DNA of 64,000 nucleotides from the sequence record OQ921332.1. One strand, given 5' to 3'. The notes beneath the pieces are model-generated. The model had not been told where the DNA came from and searched no databases. It saw only the letters and a list, made by a program, of their open reading frames with translations. The translations under genes were made by a program, and so were the position numbers. The DNA comes from Escherichia phage vB_EcoP_PAS59. Of the stretch, positions 48,254 through 56,618 are shown in pieces (position 1 is the first letter of the stretch; every line of letters begins with the position of its first letter).

Positions 48254-50377
48254 TCATTTAGCAGCTTTCAGCGTAGCAACCTCCTTCTTCAACTCATCAA
48301 CCTGCTTCATCAACTCTAAAATAGCTTCATGATGAAGTGCCGCAGCAACACCATAAGTGTCTACAGACTTTGTATCTTTAACAATCGAACCATCTTGAAG
48401 CTCTGTATCCCCGGTAACTTTGACAGCATCAGGGAAGATTTTTTCCACATCTTGTGCAATAAACCCATAACCCACTTTATCACCGGATGTTTTAAGTTTC
48501 CAAGAAACACCTTTTATCTCTTTCATCTTGTCCAAAGGTTTTTCTATTCTAGAAATATCATCTTTTATTCTTTCATCAGAATCAGTGCTCCAACCACCCG
48601 GGCAAACAGCTCTTCCATCCTTGAGAAATTGAAAATGTTTTAGATTAGTTCCGGCTGTAGATGTTGATATGGTAACGTCACCATCACGCTCTGTGTAAAG
48701 TCTTCCATATATAGCAGTGTTAGCGCTGTTTTTAAATTCAATGAAAGATTGATTATTGTTGTTACCTACAAAAGTTGCTTTACCTTCACGAGAAATTAAC
48801 TGACCTTTAGCATCAACGTTCCCACTGCGAACAATTAAGTTAGTTGGAACGTTTAAGTTACCATCACTGCCAAAATCAAAGGCTTCATTAGCACCCGAAG
48901 TTTTATTGAAAACAGTAACACGGGCAGCATAGGTAGATCCAACAGTCCCTACCATCCTGAACGAAGCATACCCTTCAACATCAGTGCCAGTTTTATATTC
49001 AGATATAATAGAGCCGCCGTTAATAGAAGTTCCAGTGTTTGGAAGAACACTATCACTGTTAATGACGGACCAAGAGGTATTAGCTGCTACGAAACCACCT
49101 TTAGCTCGAATAACCCAAACACCTACGAAAGAGTTAGGGCGGATTTCTGATACGTTTTGTCGTCCGTAAACGGCGCTGGAGTTGGATGCTTTGAAGTTAA
49201 CAGCAAGACCCCTGTTGGAACCAGTTCCTGCTCCAGTACTTGCCTGCAAGAGTTGAAGGTCGAGACCTGTGTCGGTCACATAAAGAGAACCACTCGCAGA
49301 GTTTGCAACAAATAGCCTAGCAAAGTTACTACTCGACCCAGTAGATACAGCACCAGTAATCTCCGGGGCCGCAGACTCGTGTATCTTCTGGGTAAAATCC
49401 CCACTACCCCGACCGAACAATCCTTTTAGAGAACCGCTTTGAACACCATTCTTATCTGGAACACGGAAAGTAGTAGAACCGTCCCCTAAAGAGTATTGAG
49501 AGCGTTTAAGAGGGTCTGCCAGCCAATCAGCATCAGAGATAGGTGTTATCATTTGCGCATATGCCCAAAGCTCTGGATAATCTGTACGAGAAAGAAGTTG
49601 ACCATCTGACGGGATATCATTAGATGGGATATAAGCCCTACTGTCAATTAAACGGAAATCACCAATGTTGAAATTGGAGATACCATTCATGGTAGGGCCA
49701 CCAGAACCTCCACCACTGTTACGAAGCTGCCTTAGTGTGACTGCATCATAGTCACCTACAGCATCTGCTACAGTAACCGGTTGCTGAAAGGTAACTTTCT
49801 CGGTAAATTGTTTGATATCAGAGTTGATACCAGTTCGAGTTACACCAATGGTGCGTCCTTTGGAATCTTTTACATAGGAACCGATTGAAGCGAAAGGTAA
49901 ATCCTCAATCTCAGGACGATAACGTTTAGAGTAAATAGGATACTTGGTTTCTACACCACCATCATTCAAATCTACAACTTGAAGACGACCAGCAGTATGA
50001 ACTTCTACTCCCTGAACAGAAGAAGCATAGCTCCCAATCTTAATTGCGTTCTCTGGTGTAACTTTAATCATATCTACAGATTCTACACCATTAGCCCCTT
50101 CTGACCGGAAAGGTACATCATTAGCTACAAATGGATCAGCTTTGAATAAAGCACCTTCCATAACAGGGTCAATAGCATCCGTAACATATTGCTTGGTTGC
50201 ACCTTCTGCCTTGGTCATATAAGTTGCGCTCGCATCAGACTTCTGGAGGTACTTGTCAGTCAGATCAATAGCACCAGCAACACCATCTACAGTAGATACG
50301 CCCACCACAGCAGCATCACGAGTCACAACCACATGTGGCATCATAATGCCAGATTTGGGCATTAATTCTCTAGACAT
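48254..50377 (-). CDS. tail fiber with collar-like domain and C-terminal intramolecular chaperone (S74-like) domain
   Basis: 'DAVGDYDAVTLRQL', 'DGQLLSRTDYPELWAYAQ...GSTTFRVPDKNGVQ', C-terminal 'DERIKDDISRIEKP...GFIAQDVEKIFPDAV...'. Confidence 0.6.
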   Translation of the reverse strand: MSRELMPKSGIMMPHVVVTRDAAVVGVSTVDGVAGAIDLTDKYLQKSDASATYMTKAEGATKQYVTDAIDPVMEGALFKADPFVANDVPFRSEGANGVESVDMIKVTPENAIKIGSYASSVQGVEVHTAGRLQVVDLNDGGVETKYPIYSKRYRPEIEDLPFASIGSYVKDSKGRTIGVTRTGINSDIKQFTEKVTFQQPVTVADAVGDYDAVTLRQLRNSGGGSGGPTMNGISNFNIGDFRLIDSRAYIPSNDIPSDGQLLSRTDYPELWAYAQMITPISDADWLADPLKRSQYSLGDGSTTFRVPDKNGVQSGSLKGLFGRGSGDFTQKIHESAAPEITGAVSTGSSSNFARLFVANSASGSLYVTDTGLDLQLLQASTGAGTGSNRGLAVNFKASNSSAVYGRQNVSEIRPNSFVGVWVIRAKGGFVAANTSWSVINSDSVLPNTGTSINGGSIISEYKTGTDVEGYASFRMVGTVGSTYAARVTVFNKTSGANEAFDFGSDGNLNVPTNLIVRSGNVDAKGQLISREGKATFVGNNNNQSFIEFKNSANTAIYGRLYTERDGDVTISTSTAGTNLKHFQFLKDGRAVCPGGWSTDSDERIKDDISRIEKPLDKMKEIKGVSWKLKTSGDKVGYGFIAQDVEKIFPDAVKVTGDTELQDGSIVKDTKSVDTYGVAAALHHEAILELMKQVDELKKEVATLKAAK

Positions 50378-50390
50378 ATTTAATTCTCCT

Positions 50391-50410
50391 TAAAGCTCCC
50401 CGAAGGGAGC
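50391..50410 (-). terminator. hairpin GCUCCC-UUCG-GGGAGC between the two fiber genes
   Basis: Followed by UUUAAGGAG (SD of the next gene), so more likely a stabilising hairpin than a full terminator. Confidence 0.3.
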
Positions 50411-50419
50411 ATTGTTAGT

Positions 50420-53400
50420 TTATTTAGCAGCCAGCTTAGCTTCCAGCTCTTCTACTTTCTCAGACAAGCACTTAATTGCTGCAAGAGCATCTAATAAAAG
50501 CGGGTTAGTGTCGAGAGTCATAACTCCACTTTTTTCCGCACTGTGAACATACTGAGGGTCAACCTGTTCTGCCTGTTGTGCAATCACCCCTCGACGTGGA
50601 GATTTCTTCTCATCACTCTTATATGTAAAATTCTTAAACTCAAGAGCTTTAATGTTACTTAGAGCGACACTTAAATCTAAATCGTCTCCAATGTCCTTAA
50701 CACTCGCGTCAGAGGTTCCAGCATTCTGAAGAGTTGTCCACGGAAGGTTGGTTTTGAGTTCTTTTGGATTGTTGTTTATGGTGTTAGTTCTAACATAAGC
50801 CGAACCATTCAAGCTTATCCAAAACTGGCAGATTCTGTTTACGGCATAAGAAGTTTGGAAACCTCCCCCATTTGCAGCTGCCCACGGCGAATTACCATCC
50901 GAGTCTGTTATGAACTGGTTATAGTTAGAATCAGGTAACACTGTACCACCCTGAACACCAACACCATAATCATCCTTCACCAAAACACGACCCCTAGGAG
51001 TCTCTATATTCCCAGCTTCAGTGAAATCAAAAGTTGTACCTTTCGAAGAAGTTTTATTATAAACCCCAATTCTTGCAGAGTATGAACCACCAACAATGCC
51101 TTGCATTTTGAACTCAGCTGATCCTTCTGGCTCTGTGCCAACCCTATAATCGGATATCAAGTTGCCACCTGTAACGGTTGTACCGTCCGACGGTCTTATG
51201 TCATCGCTATTAATAACAGACCAAGAAGTGTTAGCTGCAATGAAAGCACCCTTAGCACGAATCACCCATACACCGACGAAAGATCTAGGCCTAACTTCGT
51301 CTGCCTGTCCATAAATAGGGTTATAAGAATTAGCATTAAAATACACATAAGTGTATCGGTTTGGTGTGCTGGTAGCCGCTGTCGTAACAAATCCGTTTGT
51401 GAGATCAGTCTCGCGAACACTAAAGGCATCTGTCCCGCTGGATATTACCGCCCTCCCGTTTGCATCAACAGCACCAATACGCCCTGATATGTTAGGCGCG
51501 GCACTTTCGTAAACGTTACCCGCTGTCAATAATCCACCCTGATCGCCCCGACCAAATAGCCCCGGAATTGACCCGCTTTGAACCCCGTTGCGGTCAGGAA
51601 CTCGGAAGGTCGTTGTTCCGTTCCCTGAAGAGTATTTACCCCTCTGTTGGGGGTCTGCCAACCAAGCTGAATCCGTTATGGGGGTGAGCATTTGAGCATA
51701 TGCCCATAACTCAGGGTAATCAGCACGGTTAAGAAGCTGTCCGTCTGATGTTACATCATTTGGGTGAATAAAAGCACGACTGTCTACTAGTCGGAAGTCT
51801 CCAATATTGAAGTTGGAGATACCATTCATTGTAGCCCCACCACCGCCACCACCTTGGTTCTTCAACTGACGATAAGTAACAGCGTCGTAATCACCTACAG
51901 CATCAGGAACAGTAACCGGTTGCTGGAAAGTAGCTTTCTGTGTAAACGTTTTAAGATCAGAGTTTACACCGTCAGTAGTTACAGCAGCAGCACCTATAGC
52001 AGCAGGTGTTGGCTTATTGTTCTCTGCATAGAACAAATAGTCCCCAGAGGGTGTTGACAGATAAGGTACACTGGAACTAGCAATAACTGTACGGGCTAAG
52101 TGATCACCAAACACAGATGAATCTGAACCACTTCTAGAAACCATGTTGACTTGACTGCTGTCATCTTTAATACGTCTTAAAGAGATTCCATTGTTCAGAA
52201 CCAAGTTACCATCCATGATACCACCAGCTTTGGCAATAGCTCCAATTGTTGCAGGGGTGAGATTTACATTACCAGTATTGTCATTAGGGGATAACCCATT
52301 AACTGTTACAATATAAGGCTTCTGAGCTTGCACTTGGCCTTTGTATTCAGTATCTGTAGCCGAGTTAGGAGATCGAATTGTTTCACCACCAGTCCAGTCT
52401 GGGAGTCGGATGTTAACATAGTTAGTAGAATCTGCATCAGTAATACCGTCAGCTTGCTTACCCCAAGAGAAGTATTGCTTAGCACCTGCTTGCCATTCTG
52501 TTTCACTGACAACAGGGAGCTGACCACTGAGTAAAGATGGACCCAAATCTGCTGCCGATTCTTTAGAAACAAGACGACCATCAGCAGGAAGAATCCCGGG
52601 ATATGAAATATTCTTAGCTGGGTCATAAGGGAACATTACCATTTCACCAAGATACAGAGAAGGGTTTCCTGTAGGAATGGTGATATCAATGTTACCAGTG
52701 GAGTCTGGGATTCTAGAGTTAACAGTAACAACGCGAGGTTCTGTTTTCAAAGGCTCTAAGATTTTATCAGAAGCCACGGTGTAGAATGAATACTTAGTAT
52801 CTTCCCAAACTAGAATTGTCTCACCAGCCTTTCGGTTAATCGCATCAGCATCAGCATCAGCTTTAGTATTATAGGCTTTGATGAACCTGTCAACTTTCTT
52901 GTCGGTTTCTTCTTTACTGTAAGAAGCTACGTTTTCTACTTTATCCAACCCTACCGTGCTTTTATCAATAGTCAAAGAGACGTTACCGCTTTCGGCAGGT
53001 CCACCATTAACACTGATATCTCTAACAGAAGGGATTAGGTTTGCAATGTTTTCCAAAGTGGTTTTATGGACTGTGTTATCAGTTTGGTCTACGTAAAAAC
53101 CTAAATCCCCAGCGACAGGAACACCAGTATCAACAGTATTTAAATCTTTAACCGATCCATCTTTACCCGGAAGACCCTCAGGAATACCAAGGCTGATCTT
53201 ACCAGTGGTGGGGTCAAAATCTCCAGTAGCAGGTTGTCCCGGACTTAAAGTTGTCACTTCTACAGTCATTCCTAACAAGATATCCAGCTGTTTGTCAACT
53301 TCTACTAACTTTTGATTGATTAATGCGATAGCATTATTGGCATTAGCAACGGCAGCGTTAGATTGAGCAACAAGTTGCATCAAACGAGCATCTTGATCTC

Positions 53401-53641
53401 TGAAGTCTTGTTTAAGAGCTTCAATATCTTCACGTAACAGAACACCTTGCTGGTAGAGCTTCTCAACTTCTGCAATCAGATCATCAACCGTACCAAATTT
53501 AGCCTCTGCCAACAGTGACCAATATTTAGCATCAGCAGCATATTCAGCTGCTTGCTTATAGGCTCCAATAGAGCCTTCTGTTGCACCAAACTGACCAACG
53601 TTGTTAGGATTAGTTGGCTCTTGGTTGTTATAAACGATCAT
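50420..53641 (-). CDS. large tail fiber/spike, paralog of 48254-50377 with about 530-aa N-terminal extension
   Basis: Shares about 300 aa of collinear blocks with the neighbour; C-terminal S74-like domain 'GVIAQQAEQVDPQYV...'. Confidence 0.6.
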   Translation of the reverse strand: MIVYNNQEPTNPNNVGQFGATEGSIGAYKQAAEYAADAKYWSLLAEAKFGTVDDLIAEVEKLYQQGVLLREDIEALKQDFRDQDARLMQLVAQSNAAVANANNAIALINQKLVEVDKQLDILLGMTVEVTTLSPGQPATGDFDPTTGKISLGIPEGLPGKDGSVKDLNTVDTGVPVAGDLGFYVDQTDNTVHKTTLENIANLIPSVRDISVNGGPAESGNVSLTIDKSTVGLDKVENVASYSKEETDKKVDRFIKAYNTKADADADAINRKAGETILVWEDTKYSFYTVASDKILEPLKTEPRVVTVNSRIPDSTGNIDITIPTGNPSLYLGEMVMFPYDPAKNISYPGILPADGRLVSKESAADLGPSLLSGQLPVVSETEWQAGAKQYFSWGKQADGITDADSTNYVNIRLPDWTGGETIRSPNSATDTEYKGQVQAQKPYIVTVNGLSPNDNTGNVNLTPATIGAIAKAGGIMDGNLVLNNGISLRRIKDDSSQVNMVSRSGSDSSVFGDHLARTVIASSSVPYLSTPSGDYLFYAENNKPTPAAIGAAAVTTDGVNSDLKTFTQKATFQQPVTVPDAVGDYDAVTYRQLKNQGGGGGGATMNGISNFNIGDFRLVDSRAFIHPNDVTSDGQLLNRADYPELWAYAQMLTPITDSAWLADPQQRGKYSSGNGTTTFRVPDRNGVQSGSIPGLFGRGDQGGLLTAGNVYESAAPNISGRIGAVDANGRAVISSGTDAFSVRETDLTNGFVTTAATSTPNRYTYVYFNANSYNPIYGQADEVRPRSFVGVWVIRAKGAFIAANTSWSVINSDDIRPSDGTTVTGGNLISDYRVGTEPEGSAEFKMQGIVGGSYSARIGVYNKTSSKGTTFDFTEAGNIETPRGRVLVKDDYGVGVQGGTVLPDSNYNQFITDSDGNSPWAAANGGGFQTSYAVNRICQFWISLNGSAYVRTNTINNNPKELKTNLPWTTLQNAGTSDASVKDIGDDLDLSVALSNIKALEFKNFTYKSDEKKSPRRGVIAQQAEQVDPQYVHSAEKSGVMTLDTNPLLLDALAAIKCLSEKVEELEAKLAAK

Positions 53642-53650
53642 AATCTCTCC

Positions 53651-54421
53651 TTAACTGTAATGTTTAATTCCGTATAATTCACGAGAGCTGTGAAGACGGT
53701 CGATAGTTCGAGGGATAACTAGAGGAGAACCTGAATACTCAGCTTTCTTGCTCTGTTCAACTACTTCATCTAAGATGGCTTTCCCTAAAGCCGACCACTT
53801 CTGAACCCCATTATCATCTTGAACAAACAAGCTTGCATGACGTAATGTGAAATATAGAAGAAGCTCTGGAGCTATTGTTAAAATTGCACTTGTATCAGAA
53901 TCCTCATGAAACTCCGGAGGGTCTGCATAATAGCTAAGAATTACCGAATTCTCCGCTGGAATAAGAGGGCTTCCATCATCAGGGTAGACCGGAGTATCGG
54001 CGTTGATGGCTGGGTAGAACAGGAACCGACTTCCCAACCTAGTAAAACTCACCTCTCCCTGATTCCATTTAGTTGGGTTTACTGAGTTATTTCTTTTCAG
54101 CCAATCTAACTCTTCTGGAGAAGTTACTCGGAACATATGTCCATTACTTGCTCTCATCATCCACTGAGCTTCTAAGTAGTCTGGTGGAATAAAAGCCACA
54201 CCATCTTTAATATCTAAATATACTTCTTTTTCCAGAGGAGGAATTCGTAAGTTACGATAGATTTCTTTCTCTGCAAAGTTAATAAAGTTTGGAATCTGAT
54301 TAACAAATTCATCATCATCCCTGTCAGCCCAGAGGGACACAGCTTTCTTGAGCCATCCGTAGGTATTGATGGGATATTGAACGTCAGGCAACATAGGATA
54401 CCTCCTTCCAGTTTGTGCCAT
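53651..54421 (-). CDS. tail/adaptor structural protein (putative)
   Basis: Position between capsid and fibers. Confidence 0.3.
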   Translation of the reverse strand: MAQTGRRYPMLPDVQYPINTYGWLKKAVSLWADRDDDEFVNQIPNFINFAEKEIYRNLRIPPLEKEVYLDIKDGVAFIPPDYLEAQWMMRASNGHMFRVTSPEELDWLKRNNSVNPTKWNQGEVSFTRLGSRFLFYPAINADTPVYPDDGSPLIPAENSVILSYYADPPEFHEDSDTSAILTIAPELLLYFTLRHASLFVQDDNGVQKWSALGKAILDEVVEQSKKAEYSGSPLVIPRTIDRLHSSRELYGIKHYS

Positions 54422-54896
54422 TGATTATTAGGCTTATTGTGCTTGAAGAGACTCCAAACTTCCTAGCTAAAGCTCTAGCTCCGAACTGTCTGTCCCTCGG
54501 TTTATAGTTCTCTAAACAGAAAAGAACTTGTTCTTTAGTAAGTTTGGAATTAGGATTATCCTCAAGATTCCTTGGTGTTGAGAGTTTTGTTTCATAAGCA
54601 TGTACACAGTTTTCTTGTTGAGTACACCACTCTAGATTCTCAATCCTGTTGTCATCTTTTATTCCATTCTTATGGTTGACATACTCCTTCCCTTCTACTT
54701 TAGGAAGAAAGAGTTCAGCTATGACTCTATGTTCTAGGTAAGATTTCTTCTTGAAGGTTAACACACGATATCCCTTACTATTAATACATCCAGCACGTTG
54801 ACCTTTCTGTTTATTGAATATGTTACTCATAGACCAGAAAAGATGCCCTGTATTCGGGTTATATGTAAAAGCTCCTCTGAAATCTGGCATTGCCAT
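54384..54896 (-). CDS. HNH homing endonuclease with C-terminal HTH
   Basis: 'YVNHKNGIKDDNRIENLEWCTQQEN'; C-terminal 'ALARKFGVSSSTISLIINGTNWKEV'. Confidence 0.65.
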   Translation of the reverse strand: MAMPDFRGAFTYNPNTGHLFWSMSNIFNKQKGQRAGCINSKGYRVLTFKKKSYLEHRVIAELFLPKVEGKEYVNHKNGIKDDNRIENLEWCTQQENCVHAYETKLSTPRNLEDNPNSKLTKEQVLFCLENYKPRDRQFGARALARKFGVSSSTISLIINGTNWKEVSYVA

Positions 54897-54929
54897 AGGT
54901 TGTCCTCCTTGTTATATGTAGACAAAGAA

Positions 54930-54938
54930 TATACATTA
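54930..54938 (-). promoter_or_regulatory. TAATGTATA promoter-like element after the capsid terminator
   Basis: Plus-strand TATACATTA between terminator 54961-54991 and HNH start 54896. Confidence 0.4.
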
Positions 54939-54960
54939 CACACTAGCTTGTATAGGTCTT

Positions 54961-54991
54961 AAAACGAAAAAACCCCGCCCGAAGGCAGGGT
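54961..54991 (-). terminator. strong intrinsic terminator CCCUGCC-UUCG-GGCGGGG plus UUUUUUCGUUUU
   Basis: Immediately after the capsid/Ig-extension stop. Confidence 0.65.
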
Positions 54992-54998
54992 CTAGTTT

Positions 54999-55511
54999 TT
55001 AAACAGGTGTTACACCAGTAAAAGTGCATGTTGCATTGATGGACGGGTCAGCTGTCAAACTTGCTTGAACAGTAACTTCGCCACTTGCAGCAGCATCTAA
55101 GGTTAACGCACCAGCGGCGCTTACTGTACCAGCTTCTGTAGGAGTTACAACAAACGTGTAATCCGCAGCAGCAGAATTAGTTACAGTAAACATGGTAGTG
55201 AAGTTAGTGGAAGAACCACCAGTTTTACCCGTAATTGGACCCTTAGCTACAATAGTAGGAGCAGGAGCAACAATTTCAGAAATGGTTGCTGTACCAGAAA
55301 CACCTTCTAAAGTTGCAGTAATGGATACATCAGTGGATTGAGACGCACTCGGAGCAGTATACAAACCCGACTGAGTGATAGAACCACCTCCTGTCACTGA
55401 CCAAGTAAAGCCAGTTGTTTCGGTAGAACCATCACTTTTCTCCGCGCTTGCAGTGAACTGCCGAGTAGCCCCTGTCTCTAGGCTTGCTAAAGACGCAGGG
55501 CTAACAGTCAC
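54999..55511 (-). CDS. Ig-like (Big_2-type) domain, probably made as a C-terminal capsid extension by -1 frameshifting
   Basis: In the -1 frame relative to the capsid ORF and open across its stop; 'SPASLASLETGATRQFTA...TWSVTGGGSITQSGLYTA'. Confidence 0.55.
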   Translation of the reverse strand: MTVSPASLASLETGATRQFTASAEKSDGSTETTGFTWSVTGGGSITQSGLYTAPSASQSTDVSITATLEGVSGTATISEIVAPAPTIVAKGPITGKTGGSSTNFTTMFTVTNSAAADYTFVVTPTEAGTVSAAGALTLDAAASGEVTVQASLTADPSINATCTFTGVTPV

Positions 55512-55522
55512 ACTGTCTACTG

Positions 55523-56578
55523 TTACGCCGCCACCTTTCCCGCAGCAGTGAACAGAACGCCGGAAGCATACGGGTTGCGGTGACGCAGACCAACTTCCAT
55601 TTCAATCATCCACTTCTCGTAAGAACCATCTTTAGCCAGTTCAGTACGTTTCGGAGCACGAAGAACCATCTGAGTCCAGTCAGAGCTGCGGAAGAAGTAA
55701 ACTGCATCAGCAGGCATCCAACGGTTAACGATGATTTTATAGCTCTGGCCCAGCGGGTCAGTGATGCTGTTAACTTCATAGATGAACTGTTTGGTGTTCT
55801 CAAAGATACGCTGACGAGAACCAACAGAGTTTTCCTGAAGCTTAGCAAAGATGCTAGCGTGAGCAGGGTTGATCATGATGATATCTGCTTCAGAACCAGC
55901 GGTATACAGTTGCAGAGTCATATCAAAGATATCAGCTTCATCAAAACCGATGTTCGTAGTCGGGTTAGAAGCATTCTGTGCAACTTTAACAGTTACTGCA
56001 CCAGTATCCGGGTCAGCAGGACCATTTTCTTTCTTAACAACACCGCCAGCAACACCATTGTGTGCACACAGGAACTGGAAAGCACCAGTCTTACGAGCAG
56101 CTGAAGTGTCGTTCTGGCCTACAACAGCAGGATCAGTTGCAGAGTTGGTCAGATACTGGTCTGCCAGAATATCGGTACGAGCCTGACCGGACAGCAAGAT
56201 TTTCTCGAGGTCACGTTTAATCTCTTTACCTTTCTTCTCCAGCTGATACATCAGTTCACGACCACGACCGTAGTTAGCGGTGGTGTTAGCAGTATCAGAA
56301 ACACGAACAACTTTACGCAGGATCTGAGTAACGTTGGACTTGATTACAGTCGGTTTCATTTCGCCGTCTTCAGCACGAGAGCCTTCGACGTGGGCGTTGT
56401 TAGCATCTACGCTCGCCAGAGCATCGGTCTGCCAGCTGAAAATAGTCTGATTGATAGACTCTTTACCAGTCATAGACACAAACGGAGTGTCTTGCGGAGA
56501 CAGGACAGAAATCCAGTTAGCAAAAGAAAGTTTTTTACCATTCTGGTCGTAAGATACAAATAAAGTTGGATTTGCCAT
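55523..56578 (-). CDS. major capsid protein
   Basis: 351 aa after scaffold, before strong terminator; frameshift extension. Confidence 0.6.
   Translation of the reverse strand: MANPTLFVSYDQNGKKLSFANWISVLSPQDTPFVSMTGKESINQTIFSWQTDALASVDANNAHVEGSRAEDGEMKPTVIKSNVTQILRKVVRVSDTANTTANYGRGRELMYQLEKKGKEIKRDLEKILLSGQARTDILADQYLTNSATDPAVVGQNDTSAARKTGAFQFLCAHNGVAGGVVKKENGPADPDTGAVTVKVAQNASNPTTNIGFDEADIFDMTLQLYTAGSEADIIMINPAHASIFAKLQENSVGSRQRIFENTKQFIYEVNSITDPLGQSYKIIVNRWMPADAVYFFRSSDWTQMVLRAPKRTELAKDGSYEKWMIEMEVGLRHRNPYASGVLFTAAGKVAA
55535..55541 (-). promoter_or_regulatory. candidate -1 slippery heptamer G_GGA_AAG, 4 codons before the capsid stop
   Basis: Plus-strand CTTTCCC at 55535-55541; possible hairpin AACAGU...ACUGUU about 10 nt downstream. 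Confidence 0.5.
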
Positions 56579-56618
56579 GTTATATTAGCTCCTATACTAT
56601 TAAAAATAAATTTGTCGA

